Assembly: GCF_003044305.1 (NCBI RefSeq)
Contig: NZ_PZOX01000005.1
Span: forward strand, 259,493-323,492
From: Vitiosangium sp. GDMCC 1.1324
Lineage (GTDB): Bacteria > Myxococcota > Myxococcia > Myxococcales > Myxococcaceae
Reading direction: 5' to 3'
Length of the DNA: 64,000 nucleotides
The notes under the pieces were generated by a model. The model saw only the letters and a list, made by a program, of their open reading frames with translations, was not told the origin of the DNA and searched no databases. This document shows positions 32,298 to 44,600 of the stretch, one piece after another. Position 1 is the stretch's first letter, and each line of letters opens with the position of its first letter. The translations under genes and the position numbers were made by a program.

Positions 32298-33218
32298 TTA
32301 ATAGTTGGCTTGATAGCAGAAGAAATTGCCGTTGGCGAAGTAGAACGCCGTCGAGAGCGTCTTGCTGGTGTCCGCAACGCAGAAGCTCAGGGTGATGTCC
32401 GCGCGCTCACGGTTCGTACCAGTCACCGTGTAATTGCCTGGCGAGCTGCTAATGATTGCAGGGGCAGACTTCTTGGTACCATCCACCTGAACCCAGAACA
32501 TGCCATTCAGTTCGTCCTTCGTCTGCGGGAAGGGGCTGCCAGAATACGCAGAAATAGTCACCTTGACGCGCTTGGGCGTCGCAGAACCAGAACCGCAGAA
32601 GCTATCGGTCGCGGCACTTGTGGTCACGGCTTTGAAGGTGATGGGGCCAGTCGTCCCCAATTCATTGCGTGCGGTGAAGTTCTGGTAGTTCTCGCACGTG
32701 GGAGCAGGCACTGCCGCACACTTGCTGCTGCTGCAGAATTCGCCATAGGCGCAGGTGGTCTGACCCTCGCCAGAGCAGGTGGCGCCCGTGGTCGGCGCCT
32801 TGCACACGCCCGCCTGGCAGGTCTGGCCCGAGGCGCAATCCGCGTCCTTCGTGCACGTGGCCGGAGCGGTCCCGGTCGGCGCACACACCTTGTAAGCGCT
32901 CGAGCACTCCAGACCCGAAGCATCAGACAACCGCTCGTCCTGCTTGCAGAACTCCGACGTGCTGCACTTGCAGATCTTCGTGGTGTCCGTGCTGCTCAGC
33001 GCCTCGCAAACCTTCGCCGAGGCGGGGCAATCCGAAGCATTGCCACTGGCACAGGTCTGCACGCACACCTTCGCGCCAGGATGGCAGATCTCATTATCGA
33101 GGCAGTCCGCGGTCGTCGAACACGTCAGGCTCTCACGACCATTGCCGCCACAGCCCATCAGCGCCAGACCCACCGCGCTCAGCGCGGTCAGCATCAACGT
33201 CATCTTCCGAATCTGCAT
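32298..33218 (-). CDS. Cys-rich secreted lipoprotein (hypothetical)
   Basis: Lipobox ALMGCGG. About 40 Cys in repeated C-x-C and EGF/knottin-like spacing. Lower GC. Confidence 0.55.
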   Translation of the reverse strand: MQIRKMTLMLTALSAVGLALMGCGGNGRESLTCSTTADCLDNEICHPGAKVCVQTCASGNASDCPASAKVCEALSSTDTTKICKCSTSEFCKQDERLSDASGLECSSAYKVCAPTGTAPATCTKDADCASGQTCQAGVCKAPTTGATCSGEGQTTCAYGEFCSSSKCAAVPAPTCENYQNFTARNELGTTGPITFKAVTTSAATDSFCGSGSATPKRVKVTISAYSGSPFPQTKDELNGMFWVQVDGTKKSAPAIISSSPGNYTVTGTNRERADITLSFCVADTSKTLSTAFYFANGNFFCYQANY

Positions 33219-33444
33219 TCTCGACTTCCTCCTCAATGGGTACGTCGCTCGGGGTGGGCCTCCGGCCACTCAGTCAGGCTCCCCTTCCGTCCTGCAGCGC
33301 GCGGCTTTAGTCCCGGCGCTCCAGAAGTGTCAACGAATGTCGACACTTCCTCCGACGTATGGCCTCAGGGGAAATTCAGCAGGCGTGAAGCGGACAGTCG
33401 TACGAGTCGGTTGACTCAAATGTAACTGTCCGCTTCCCGAACTT

Positions 33445-35532
33445 TTAGAAGGTGAACGGGAAATCGATGGAGTCGCCCTGCACCTTGTGCTTCGGGAAGT
33501 TCCAGCCCTTGATGAGCCCAGAGATGCAGCTCGCCATGTAGGTCGAGCGGTACTCCGCCGTCTGGCACGACACGTTCTTCGTCTTGCCGTTCGTCTGGAT
33601 CGTCCAGCGCATCACCAGCTTGCCGCTCAATCCCGGATCCTTCTTCTTCTGCTCGTTCACGCACTTGACGATCGCCGGCTTGTTCGCCACCACCACCTGC
33701 ATGATGTCCGACTGGCCGAGCCGCTCGAGCGTCGCTCCACCACCGCCAGGCTCCGGCGGAATGTAGGCCGTACGGCCGTTCGCCGATGCATTGTCGTTCT
33801 TGGGACTCGACTTCTTCGTCCCGAAGAGCTCGTCGAACTCGTCATCCGCGTTCCCGCTGCTCTTGGGCTGCGTCTTGCTCGGGCGCGCGACCACCTCTTC
33901 TTCGTCGTTGCTCGGGGTATTACGCGTCGGCGGAGGACGGCTCGCCGCGGAGGTCCGCTTGGTTCCATTGCGATCCGGCACCTCGGCGCGAGCGATCTGC
34001 TGCGGCTCCGTCTTCGGAGGCTCGGCGGGCTTCACCGTCTCGGCGGGCGGAGGCGTCGTCGGATTCGCCGCTGGCGCAGTCCCAGGGGTCCCCGCGGCCG
34101 CAACGGCCGGAGCGGTCGCAGGAGCCGTCGTCGGTGCAGTGGCCTGCTGGGCCGAGGTCCCCGCCGGTGGCGTGCCCTGGGGATTCTGCGCCGCACCCGC
34201 CGGAGGTGGCGGCATGGGCGGCAGCTCCGCCGGCTTCGCCGGGGCTGTCGTCGGTGCCTGAGCCATCTGCTGCTGCGTCGCCGCGGGCGGCGTTACGGGC
34301 CCTCCATGATCGGAAGACCGGGTCGCGAAAAAGATCCCCACTCCACCGACCAGCAGCACCACGCCCGCCGCCACGCCGATGATCATCCCCATCTTGCCGC
34401 CCTGCTTCGGAGCAGGCGCCGCATGCGCATAGCCGGGGTAACCCTGAGGCGGCGCGTAGTGCTGGGGAGGCGGATACGGCTGGGCCATCGGCTGCGCATA
34501 CGCCTGCGGGGGCGGCTGCGCGTAGGCCGGCGCCGGAGCAGGCTGCATGTACGGCGCGGGAGCGGAGGGCTCTGCCCGCAGGGGGCTCGGGGCCGCCACG
34601 GGCGCAGGCTCCGGCGGAGGTACGTCGAGCAACCCCGACGCCGCGGGCTTCGCCCGCTCCTCCACCGGCGAGGCCTTGGGCGCCGACTTCGACAGCGCCT
34701 CGTTCTCCTCCTTCACCAGCGACGCGAGCACGCTCGCAGCCGAGGGCTTCCAGCCCGAATCCTGCGCGGACGGTGCCACGGGTGCTGGCGTCTCGGCCTT
34801 CGCCGACTTCGACAGGCCACCCGCGCTGAAGGCGGACTCCACCGGCCCGGATGCCACCGGCGCGGGCGACGCCACCGGTGCGGGCTCCACGATGACCGGC
34901 CGGGTCGGGCGCGGCGCCAGCACCGACGCCAGCTCCGAAGCCTCCGAGAGCGGAATCCAGTCGCTGAAGCCCGCACGCCAGCACAGGCTGTCCGGACCGA
35001 CCTCGCCCCGCTCCCAGTAGTCCTTCACCTTCTCGAGCGACAGCGGGCCCACCTGCTTCTCGTCGATGGCGACGAACCACTCGTGCGCGGCCGCGGGCTT
35101 GGCGCTCCCCGCCTCGGCCTCCGCGAGCTTGCGCACCGTCTCGCCAGCGTCCGACACGGCCGCTGCATCCAGCTGCGCCGGGCCGCTACCGGCCGCCTCG
35201 CCCGCGGGAATCCTGTGCGACCCGGAGTTGAGCACCTGGTCGAACACAGCGCCGAGCTCGTCCTCCTCGACACCGCTGAAGATGCCCCCCTCGGGAGGCG
35301 TCCCCAGCGACGCGGGCAGACCGAAGCCGGTGTTGTCCGATTGATCTTGGGACGCGGCCGCACCGCCAGCGGCCTCACCACTCGTCCCCTCCTCCTTCGC
35401 CGGCGCGGAGCCGGCGGGGCGGACCACGATGTTGTAGCCGCACTTCTTGCAACGAACCTTGACGCCCTTCGCGCCAACCTTGTCGTCGCTGATCATGTAC
35501 TGCGCGCGGCAGCTATCGCAGACGAAACGCAT
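33445..35532 (-). CDS. gltJ: GltJ/AgmX-like gliding motility protein: N-terminal MJ0042-type zinc ribbon and GYF-like domain, Pro/Ala-rich linker, one TM helix, TonB-C-like periplasmic domain
   Basis: MRFVCDSCRAQYMISDDKVGAKGVKVRCKKCGY (Zn ribbon) and HEWFVAIDEKQVGPLSLEKVKDYWERGEV (GYF-like). TM segment MGMIIGVAAGVVLLVGGVGIFFA. It sits next to a giant TPR gene in the G1 cluster order. Confidence 0.7.
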   Translation of the reverse strand: MRFVCDSCRAQYMISDDKVGAKGVKVRCKKCGYNIVVRPAGSAPAKEEGTSGEAAGGAAASQDQSDNTGFGLPASLGTPPEGGIFSGVEEDELGAVFDQVLNSGSHRIPAGEAAGSGPAQLDAAAVSDAGETVRKLAEAEAGSAKPAAAHEWFVAIDEKQVGPLSLEKVKDYWERGEVGPDSLCWRAGFSDWIPLSEASELASVLAPRPTRPVIVEPAPVASPAPVASGPVESAFSAGGLSKSAKAETPAPVAPSAQDSGWKPSAASVLASLVKEENEALSKSAPKASPVEERAKPAASGLLDVPPPEPAPVAAPSPLRAEPSAPAPYMQPAPAPAYAQPPPQAYAQPMAQPYPPPQHYAPPQGYPGYAHAAPAPKQGGKMGMIIGVAAGVVLLVGGVGIFFATRSSDHGGPVTPPAATQQQMAQAPTTAPAKPAELPPMPPPPAGAAQNPQGTPPAGTSAQQATAPTTAPATAPAVAAAGTPGTAPAANPTTPPPAETVKPAEPPKTEPQQIARAEVPDRNGTKRTSAASRPPPTRNTPSNDEEEVVARPSKTQPKSSGNADDEFDELFGTKKSSPKNDNASANGRTAYIPPEPGGGGATLERLGQSDIMQVVVANKPAIVKCVNEQKKKDPGLSGKLVMRWTIQTNGKTKNVSCQTAEYRSTYMASCISGLIKGWNFPKHKVQGDSIDFPFTF

Positions 35533-35686
35533 CGTTCCCCGCAACTCTCAGTAATGACGGGAGAAAACCCGCCGGAATCGTAGAGGTGGCACCCGGGGGG
35601 GTCAAGGATGCCGACTTCGCCCGCCCGGTTGCCATTTCAACGTGTGAGCACCCCATTCGGGTCTCACGGATATTCGAGCCGCTCAT

Positions 35687-38600
35687 CTACTTCCTTACCT
35701 GTACCTCCACGTCCGTACCCACCGCGACACGCAGCTCGCGGAGCTCGTCGGACGTGGCGAACAGCAGCAGCTCCTTCTGCTTCACCTTCGGGGAGACCCG
35801 GAAGGACGAACCGGTCTCCTCCAACACCATGCGCTTGACGGGCTCGCATTCGCCCGCGGCGAAGAGGCCGGCGCGCGCCGCCGTCAGCTCCACCCCCTCG
35901 AGGTACTGGCGGACATCCGCCGGCGTCGCCGTGGGCAGGTAGACGCGCGCCACCTTGGCCAGCGCCGCGCGGGCCGGATCGCTGAAGCTCTTCTCCAGCA
36001 CCCGGCGCTCGGCGTCCACCAGCCGCGGGTCCACCGAGAAGCGCAGGTTGGGAACCACCAGGCCGAGCGCCGCCTGAACCACGGCCTCGAGCCGCTCCGG
36101 AGCCAGCCGCTGACTGAAGGCCAGCTCCGGGCGCACCAGCGCGAACGTCCGCCCCAGCAGGTAGTACGCCTCCTTCTGTCCCTGCTCCGCGAAGAAGCGC
36201 CCACCCGCGCGTACGCAGGCCGGGTGCGTCTGCAGCACCTCCACGTTGAGGCGCGGATCCGGCGTCGGCTCGTTGGAGCGCTTCGCCAGGTTGTCGCGGC
36301 GGACCACCAGATGCGGCGAGTACAGCTCCACCGCGTCCATCCCGAAGAGGCGCGCCACGTACCGGTAGTGCTGCACGTGGTACTCCTGCGCGCTCGCCAG
36401 GTCGATGCGGTGCTTCTTCGGAACGATCTGGTAGTTCTGGAAGGGCACCGCGTACAGGTGGCCCACCTGCTCGAAGAGCAGCCCCATCAGCTCGGTGAAC
36501 GGCCCGCGCAGCTTCGGGTGCAGCAGGTGCGTCTGCCACATCCGATCCGGAAGCGGCCGCTGGGCTACCTCCTTGCGCTTCGCGTAGGGCCCCAGCTTGG
36601 TGAGGATCTCCTTCTCGTCTTCTCCCGCCTCACCGAGCAGCCCCGACACGGCCTGCGCCGCCATCCACGCGCCGTCGTAGTCCTTGCGCAGCGCAGACAA
36701 GCGCACCAGCTGAGAGACGACCTTGCGCGGATCGCCGGTATTCGGCAGGGCGCGGCGGAGCGCGGCGACGGCCTCGTCCTCCTTGCCCGGAGAAGCCGCG
36801 GCCAGCTCGGCGTAGATCTCCTGCGCTTGCGCGTCCTCGGGCAGGCCCTTGGCGACGACACCGTAGGCCGCCAGCGCGCCCTCCTGGCTCTTCAGCACCT
36901 GACGGTAGAGGTCACCCAGCGCCCGCCACAGCGCCATGCGCGCCCCGTGCGTGTCGGGCGTCTTCGGCATGCGCCCGATCATCTTCGCGTAGTTCTCCTC
37001 GAGCGACTTCCACTGGCCCGCGCCGCCCAGCATCGCCTCGAGCGAGCTGAAGGCTTCGACGAAGCGGTGGTCCAGGTCCAGCGCCGTGTTGAAGGCCACG
37101 GCCGAGCCCTCCACGTCGCGCAGTTCGTCCCGGCGCAGCTCGCCGAGCGCGAACCACACCCGCTTGGCCTTGTTCGGCTCGGAGGTCAGCGCGGGCAGCC
37201 GGAGCATCCGCTCCAGCATGTCCGCGGCCTTCTGGCCCTGACGCGTCTCGCGCAGCAGCACGTAGAGCGCGTCCAGCACCTCGAGCGACTCTGGCTGGAT
37301 CTTGAGTGCGCCCGAGTACGCGTCGATGGCCTGGTACGGGTCCTTCAGCTTCTCGCGCGCGAGCTCGCCCAGCTCCAGGAAGACCTGTGCCTTCGCCTCC
37401 CCTTCCAGCACGTTGGCGAGCTGCTGGCGGAGATCGGCGGCCCGCTCCCACTTGCCCGACTGGTCCATCAGCGCCACCAGGGCGCGCAGGGACGCCTCGT
37501 GGCTGGGGTCGACGGCGAGCGCCTTCTCGAAGTGGTTCTGCGCGCGATCCAGTTGGTTCAGCTTCGCGTGGATGTCGCCGAGCTGCCAGTAGACCTCCAC
37601 CACCTCCATGTCGGTGAGCTCTTCCCGGTGGTGGATGAGGATCGTCTGGAAGATGCGCAGCGCGTCCTCGTACCGCTTCGCGTGCTGCACGAGCAGATGG
37701 CCGTAGCCCTCGAGCACCGGCAGATAGGTGGCGTCGAGATCGTAGGCCTTCTTGTACGACTCGAGCGCCTTGTCGCGCCTGCCCAGCTTGTCGGCCACGT
37801 AGCCCAGCCGGTACAGCTGCCGGCAGAGGTCCGCCGCAAGCGCGGAGTCCTTCTCCGCGATGGCCTTCTCCGCCATCTTGCGCACGACGATGTCGAGCAT
37901 CCGCTCGGCGGCCACCCAGTCCTCACGCGCGCTGTAGACGTCCGACAGCGGGCGCGCCGCCTCCAGGCAGTCCGGAGCGTACTTGAGGGTCTCCTCGTAG
38001 TAGGCCGTGGCCGTGTCCGGATCGCCCTTCGTCTCGGCGTTGTAGCGCGCCACCTCGAGCAGCGCGCGAGCCTTGGCCTCCGCGTCCTCGGTCTGCTGCG
38101 CCTCCTGGAGCAGCGTCTGCTCGTAGCCGCCCCAGTCCTTCTCCTGCTCCTGGATGCCCTTGAGGGCGCGGATGCTGGGCAGGTGGCCCGGGTCGATCGC
38201 AAGGGCCTGCTGATAGGCACTCCGGGCGCTGCCCGTGTCCATCAGCATGTCCTCCTGCATCTTGCCCATGCGGTAGTACAGCTCCACCGCCTCGGGCACC
38301 GGGCCCGCCAGCTGCGCCTCCTGCTGCAGCATCTCCAGAGCGTAGGGCCAGTTGCCGCTGCGCTCGTACAGCTTGCCGAGCGCATGCAGCGCGGGCCGGC
38401 TCGTCGGGTCCACCGCTTGCGCCTGGTGGTAGGTGTTCACCGCCCGATCCACCTGCTTGAGCTGCTGGTGGTAGACGTTGCCGATCTCCACGTACAGGTC
38501 GGCCTGCTCCTGCGGCGACGTGGCCAGCTGGAGCTGCCGCTCGTACGCGACGATCAGGTCCTCCCACCGGCCCTGCATGCGCCGCAGGCGAATCAGCGTC

Positions 38601-41600
38601 TTGATGGCCTGCAGGTTCTGCGGATCGATCGCCAGCACGCCCTCGATGAAGACGTCCGCGTTGGCAGGGTTCTGGTACTTGTCCTCCCAGATGCTCGCGC
38701 AGCGGAACATCACCCGCACCCGCTCGCGGTAGTCGGAGACGACCTCGAGCATGCGCTCATAGATGGCGAGCAGGTCCGCCGGCTGGTCCAGCTTCGTGTG
38801 CAGCCGCTCCAGCGACTCCAGCGCCTGGAGGTTGTACGGCTCGAACTCGAGCGCCTGCCGGAACGCCGCCACCGCGGCCTCATCGTCACCGATGTCACGC
38901 TCGTAGACGTCCGCGACCTCGACCTGGATGCGGGCCCGCTCCTCGACCGTGGCCGCCAGATCGCGCGCCCTCAGCAGCGTGGAGGCAACCTCCCGCCAGG
39001 CCTTCTGACGCCGGTAGAGCGCGACGAGCACGCCCAGCGTCTCCGCGTCCGGCTCCAGGTCCAACGCACGCAGCAGCGCGCTCGCGGCCTCATCCGGATC
39101 ACCCTGCTCGTCCCGGACTCGGGCGATCTCCCGGAGGATGCTCTTGCGCGCCTCGATGGAGCCAGCGGCCTCGATCTTCTGCTCCAGGGCCACCACGTAC
39201 TCGCGCTCGCGGCCCCGCCGCTGGAACATCCCCGCGAGCCCATCGAGCGCCGTGACGTTCGTCGGGTCGAACTCGAGGATCTTCCGCAGCGCCGCCTCCG
39301 CGGCCTGCGCGTCATCCAGCTTCAGGTCGTGGACGCGCGCCAGCGTGGCGTACATCCGCTCGGCGAGCGGCCCTCGCGGCAGCGCGTCGGCCACCTCCTC
39401 GTAGACGGCGGCGAGCTCCTCGTGAGAACCCGTCTCGTCGGCGAGCCGCTCCACCTCCTCGCGCAGGAGGTCGTCCGAGGCATCGATCTGCAGCGCGCGG
39501 CAGAGCGCCAGGAAGGCCACGTCCTTCTGGCCGAGCCGCTCCTCCTGCACCCTCGCCAGCTCCTTGAGGGTGGCCAGCTTCTCCTCGTCGGTGACGAGGT
39601 GCGGCAGGTAGCGATCCACCACCTGCGCATAGGCCCGCCAATCGTTGCTCGCGCGGTAGATCTCGCTGGCGCGCTCGTAGGCCGTGCGGTTGGCCGGATC
39701 GAGCTCCAGCACCTTCTCCAGCGCACCCGCGGACAGCTCGGGCTTGCCACCCACGCCCGCCCACAGGTCCGCCACCGCGAACCACGTGGCCACCGCCTGC
39801 TCACGCTCCTCGGCCTGCTGGTGCACCTGCACCTTCAGCTCGAGCGCGCGCACCGCGTCGTTGTAGGCCCTCAGTGAGACGAAGAGCGCGTGGACGCGAT
39901 CCAGCTCCACCACCGAGTGCGGCTCCACCTCGAGCGCGCGGCGGGCCGCGTCCAGCGCCTCCTCGCGCCGGCTCATCCCCGCGAGCACCTCGGCCAGCCG
40001 CAGGCGCAGCACCTTCACGCCCTCGGCCGACTCCTGCAACGGAACCAGCCGCCGCAGGATGCCCACCAGTTCCTCCGCCTGCTCCGTCTCCTCGTACAGC
40101 TCGCGCAGCGTGTCCAGCACGCCCCGGTGCCGTGCATCGCGGTCCAGCGCCGCCTTGAGGTAGCTCACCGCCGCCGCGGGCTGCTTCAGCAGCCGGTACA
40201 GCACCCGGCCCAACCGCTCGTTGAGCCGCACCACCTCGCGCGGATCCAACGTCTGCGCCAGACGATCCGCCAACAGCGTACGCAGCTCCTCGTACCGGCC
40301 CGCCCGCTCGTAGAGGGCCTCCAGCGCGGTGAAGGCCTGCTCGTTGCGCGCATTCTTCGCCAGCAGCTCCCGGTACAGCTCGATGGAGCGGTCCAGGTCG
40401 TCCAGACCCTCGGCGGACACCTGCGCCATCCGCGTGAGGACGCGCTCGCGCTCGGGGCCGGTGACGCGCTCGGACTGCAGCTTCAGGATGGCGTACAGCT
40501 TGTCGTGCGCACCGGCCGAGTCGTAGATGTTCTCCAGCAACCGCGCCGAGGCGAGGTGACCGGGCTCCAGCGCCAGCACCTGCTCGAACGCAGAGGCCGC
40601 ACGGTCCATGCCGTCCAGCTTCTCCTGGATGAGCTGGCCCAGCCGGAAGAGGAAGCCCACCTTGTCCGCCGTCTCCTCCGCCGTGGAGGCCAACGCCTCC
40701 AGCACGTTGGCCAGCTCCGGCCACGCCTCCAGCGTGATGTAGAGACGATCCAGCGCAGCCAGCGACTTCTGCTGATCCGACGGGTTCAGCGTGCGCGCGC
40801 GCTCGTAGTAGATGACGGCGCGCTCGGGCTCCTGCAGACGCGACTCGAAGATCTGGCCCAGCTTGAGGCACATCTCCGCCGCGTCACGGGCCTCGGCCAC
40901 ACGCGGCAGCGACTCCTCGTAGGCCACCACCAGCTCGTCGTACGAGCCCGCCGCGTCCGTGGCGTTCTCCAGCCGCTGGCGCAGCTCGCCGTCGTTCGGG
41001 TCCTCCTTGAAGGACCGGAACAGCGCCAGGAAGGTGAGCTCCGGCTCACCCTGGGCCTCGCGCAACGTGGCCAGCTCGCTCAACAGCGTCTTGCGCTCGT
41101 GCGCGTCCGGCGACACGCCCACCCGCGTCTCGATGAGCGACGCGAGCCGCGCCACGTCTCCGCTCGCCCGGAAGGCGCGCAGCAGCGTCTCCACCGCGAG
41201 CAGGTTCTGCGGCTCGCGGGCCACCAGCGCCTCCAACCGGCCCACCGCACCCGCGTGGTTGGGCTGCAGCGAGAGCACCTCGCCGTAGAGCGCCAGCGCC
41301 CCCGCCTTGTCCAGCAGCTTCGTCTCGCGCAGCACCGCGAGGCGGAACTTCAGCTCCAGCCCCTCCTCGGGCGACACGAGCGCGATGCGCCGCGCCAGCA
41401 CGTCCGCCATCTCCGGCCAGCGCTCCAGCTTCTGGCACAGGCCGTCCATCCGCGTGAGCGCGGCGGCGTCGTCCGGCTTCACGTCCAGCAGGCGCCGCAG
41501 GGTGGCCAGTGCGCCCAACCCATCCTTCAGCTTCTCCTCCTGGAGCACGGCGATCTGCAGCAGCACCGAGGCCCGGCGCGCCGGCTCCTCCGCGCTCGCG

Positions 41601-44600
41601 AGCTGGCGGCGCAACACCTCCAGCAACTCCTGCGGCGTGCCCGAATCCGCCACCAGCCGTGCCACGCTGTCGAGCGCGTCGGTGTCCGTGGGCCGCAGCG
41701 TCAGCACCCTGCGCCACGAGGCCAGCGCCTCGTCATCCTCGCCCAGGCGCGCCTGCAGCCGGGCCAGTGCACGGTACAGCTCGGCACGGGCGGTATCTCC
41801 CGCTCTCGGGGCGATCTCGGAGAGGACGGCCGCGAACTCCTCGGCGGCCCCCGCCTTGTCCACCAGCGAGAGGCACAGCTCGAGCGTGCGCGGGTCGTCC
41901 GGCATGTCGCGCAGCGCGCGGGTGGCGGAGAGGAAGGCCATCTCCACGTTGTCCAGCGGACCCGCATACGTCTCGGCGATCCGGCGCAGCAGCGCCGCGC
42001 GCTCCTGGGGCACCGGCTCGGCGGAGACGCGCGACTCCAACATCTGCACCTGCTTGAGGTGGTCGCCCACCGCCGTGAACACCGGCTCGAGCGCCAGCGC
42101 CGCCTGGCCACGCAGCGGGCTGTCCGAGCGCGCCATCTCCTCCAGCGCGCCCACGGCACCGGCGTGTCCGGCCCGGCGACGGAGCACGTCCTGGTAGAGA
42201 TCCAGCGCCCCACGCGGATCATCCAGGCGGCTGAACTTCAGGCGGCCCAGGCGCACGCGCAGATCGCTCCCCTCCTCCTGGGCGTTGCGGGCGTCGGTGA
42301 GCTGGATCTCCCGCTCGATGTGCTGCGCCAGCTCCGGCCAGCGCTCCATCTGCGTGAGCACGCGGCCCAGCAGCTTGAGCGCGTTGGCGTCCTCCGGCCG
42401 GCGCTCGAGAATCTCGCGATACGTCTGCGCCGCGAGCGCCTTGTCGGCGAGCGTCTCCTCGGCGAGGTGGGCCAGCTCGAAGAGCAGGTTCACCTGCGCG
42501 GCAACGGACGGCTCGGCCGACACCTGCCGGCGCATCACCAGTCCCAGCTCGCGGTGCGCGCCGGTGCGGCGGTGCACGCGGGCGATGGACTCCAGCACCT
42601 GCTTGTTCTGCGGATCCCTCCGGCTGACTTCCTCCAGCGCGCGCACCGCCAGGTCGTAGCGCTTGAGGCGTCCGTCGTAGATGCCCGCGAGCCGCCGCCA
42701 CAGGTCTCCCGCCAGGGGCTCGGTGGCGCCGCGCTCGAGCTCGTCCTCGTACGCCGCGGCAACCTCCTCGAAGGAGCCGGAGTCGGCCGCGAGCCGCTCC
42801 AGGTCGTCGCGCACATTGGCGTCCTGCGGGGCTTCATTGAAGGCGCGCAGGCGCGCGACGAAGGCGAGCGACGTCTGGCCGAGCGCCTCGCGCAGCGTGG
42901 CGATCTCCTGGATGCGCTCCAGCCGCTGCACGGGCTGCGTGCCCGGCAGGAGGATCTCCAGCACCTCCACCAGCTTCCGGGTGTCGTTGAGGCCGCGATA
43001 GACGGGATCCAGGAGCCGTGCCGCTTCCGCGCGCTGCGCCTCGAGCTGGAGCATGCGCTCCAGGCCCGCGACGGCCTGCGGATCCGCCGGGGCCAACGCC
43101 ATCAGGTCGCGGTACGCGCTCAGCGCCTCGGCGTGGCTGTTCTCCTTCTCCAACAGTTGTGCCCGGCGCAGGATGAAGCCGCGGCGGGATTCGTTGTCCG
43201 TGGACAGCTCGGCGAGCTGATCCAGCACGTCCGCCTGCTCCACGAAGCGCCGCGTCTTGGCGAACAGCTTGTCCAACGCGAGCAGACCGTCAGACGCCTT
43301 GCGGATGGCCAGTGCCGAGCGCCACGTCTCGATGGCCTTCGCGTCATCACCCGCGGCGGCATGGGCCTCGCCGGCCTTCACCAGCAGGGCGCGCCGGGCC
43401 TCGGGGTCCTTGGCCAGCGCCGACTGCGCGGCGTAGACCTCGGAGAGGCTCTTGGCGTTCTGCCCCCGCTCGTACAGGCGCGAGAGGGCCTCGAGCGCCT
43501 GCCGATCCTGCGGCGCGTCCTCGAGGATCTTCTTCCAGACGCTGGCGGCCTCCTCCGTCTGTCCGAGCTGCTCGCGCAACTCCGCGGACCGGCGCAGCAG
43601 GCCGAGGCCCGAGGGATCTCCCGCGGGCAGGTCCGAGGCAGCCTCCTCGTACAGCTCGGCCAGCATCTCGTGCGAGCCCGTCTCACGCGCGAGCCGCTCC
43701 AGTTCCACCTGCAGGCCCTGGCGATCCACGCCCTGAGAGAAGGCCTTCACCGCCGCCATGAAGGCGAGCGACGGCTGGTGCATGTCCTGCTCGTAGATGC
43801 GGCGGATGTCCGCGGCGAGCTGCGCCTTTTCCACGCTGAGCGCGGACTCCATGCGGGCCTCGCGCAGCGACACGCGCCGCGCGTGGTCTCCGAGCCGCGC
43901 GAGCACTGGATCGAGCACGTCCAGCGCGCCCGCGCTCATCGGCACGGCGGCCTTCACCCACTCCTCGAGCGCCGAACGGGCGCCAGGGTGGCCGGGGTCC
44001 TCGGAGAGGATGCCCTGGTAGAGCTGGAGCGCGGCGTTGGGGTCATCGAGCCGGGTGCGCAGCAGCTCCGCGAGGCGGAAGGAGACCTCGCGGCCCTGCG
44101 GGCTCTGTCCCTCCTGCGTGCGCCGCAGGCCGAGCGCCCATGCCAGCTCCTTCGGGCGGTTCAGTTCCCCGTAGAGCCGATCCAGTGCGACAGCGGCCTC
44201 GCGCTGGAGCGGATCCCTCTCGGCGATGGCACGCCACGCGGCGGCGGCGCTCTCCAGATCTTCCAGCTTCGACTCGTGCAGCAGAGCGGCCTCGCGCAGA
44301 TACGCGAGCTGCTCGGCCAACTCGGGCGCGGCGGCGGCGAGCTTCTCCAGGACCTCGGCGAGCGCGGCCCATTCCTCGCCCGCACGGTGCAGGCGCTGCA
44401 GTGCACGCAGGCAGTCGAGGTTGCCCGGCTCCAGCTCCAGCAGGGACCGGAGCGCCTTCACCGCGGCGCCACGGTCGTCGAGCTTCTTCTCCTGGACCTC
44501 GGCCAGCTCGCGCAGCAGACCCGCTCGGGCGGGATGCGAGCCACCCTCCTCCGTCAGCTCGATGAGGATCTCCGCGTAGGCGTCCAGCGAATCCGCGTCC

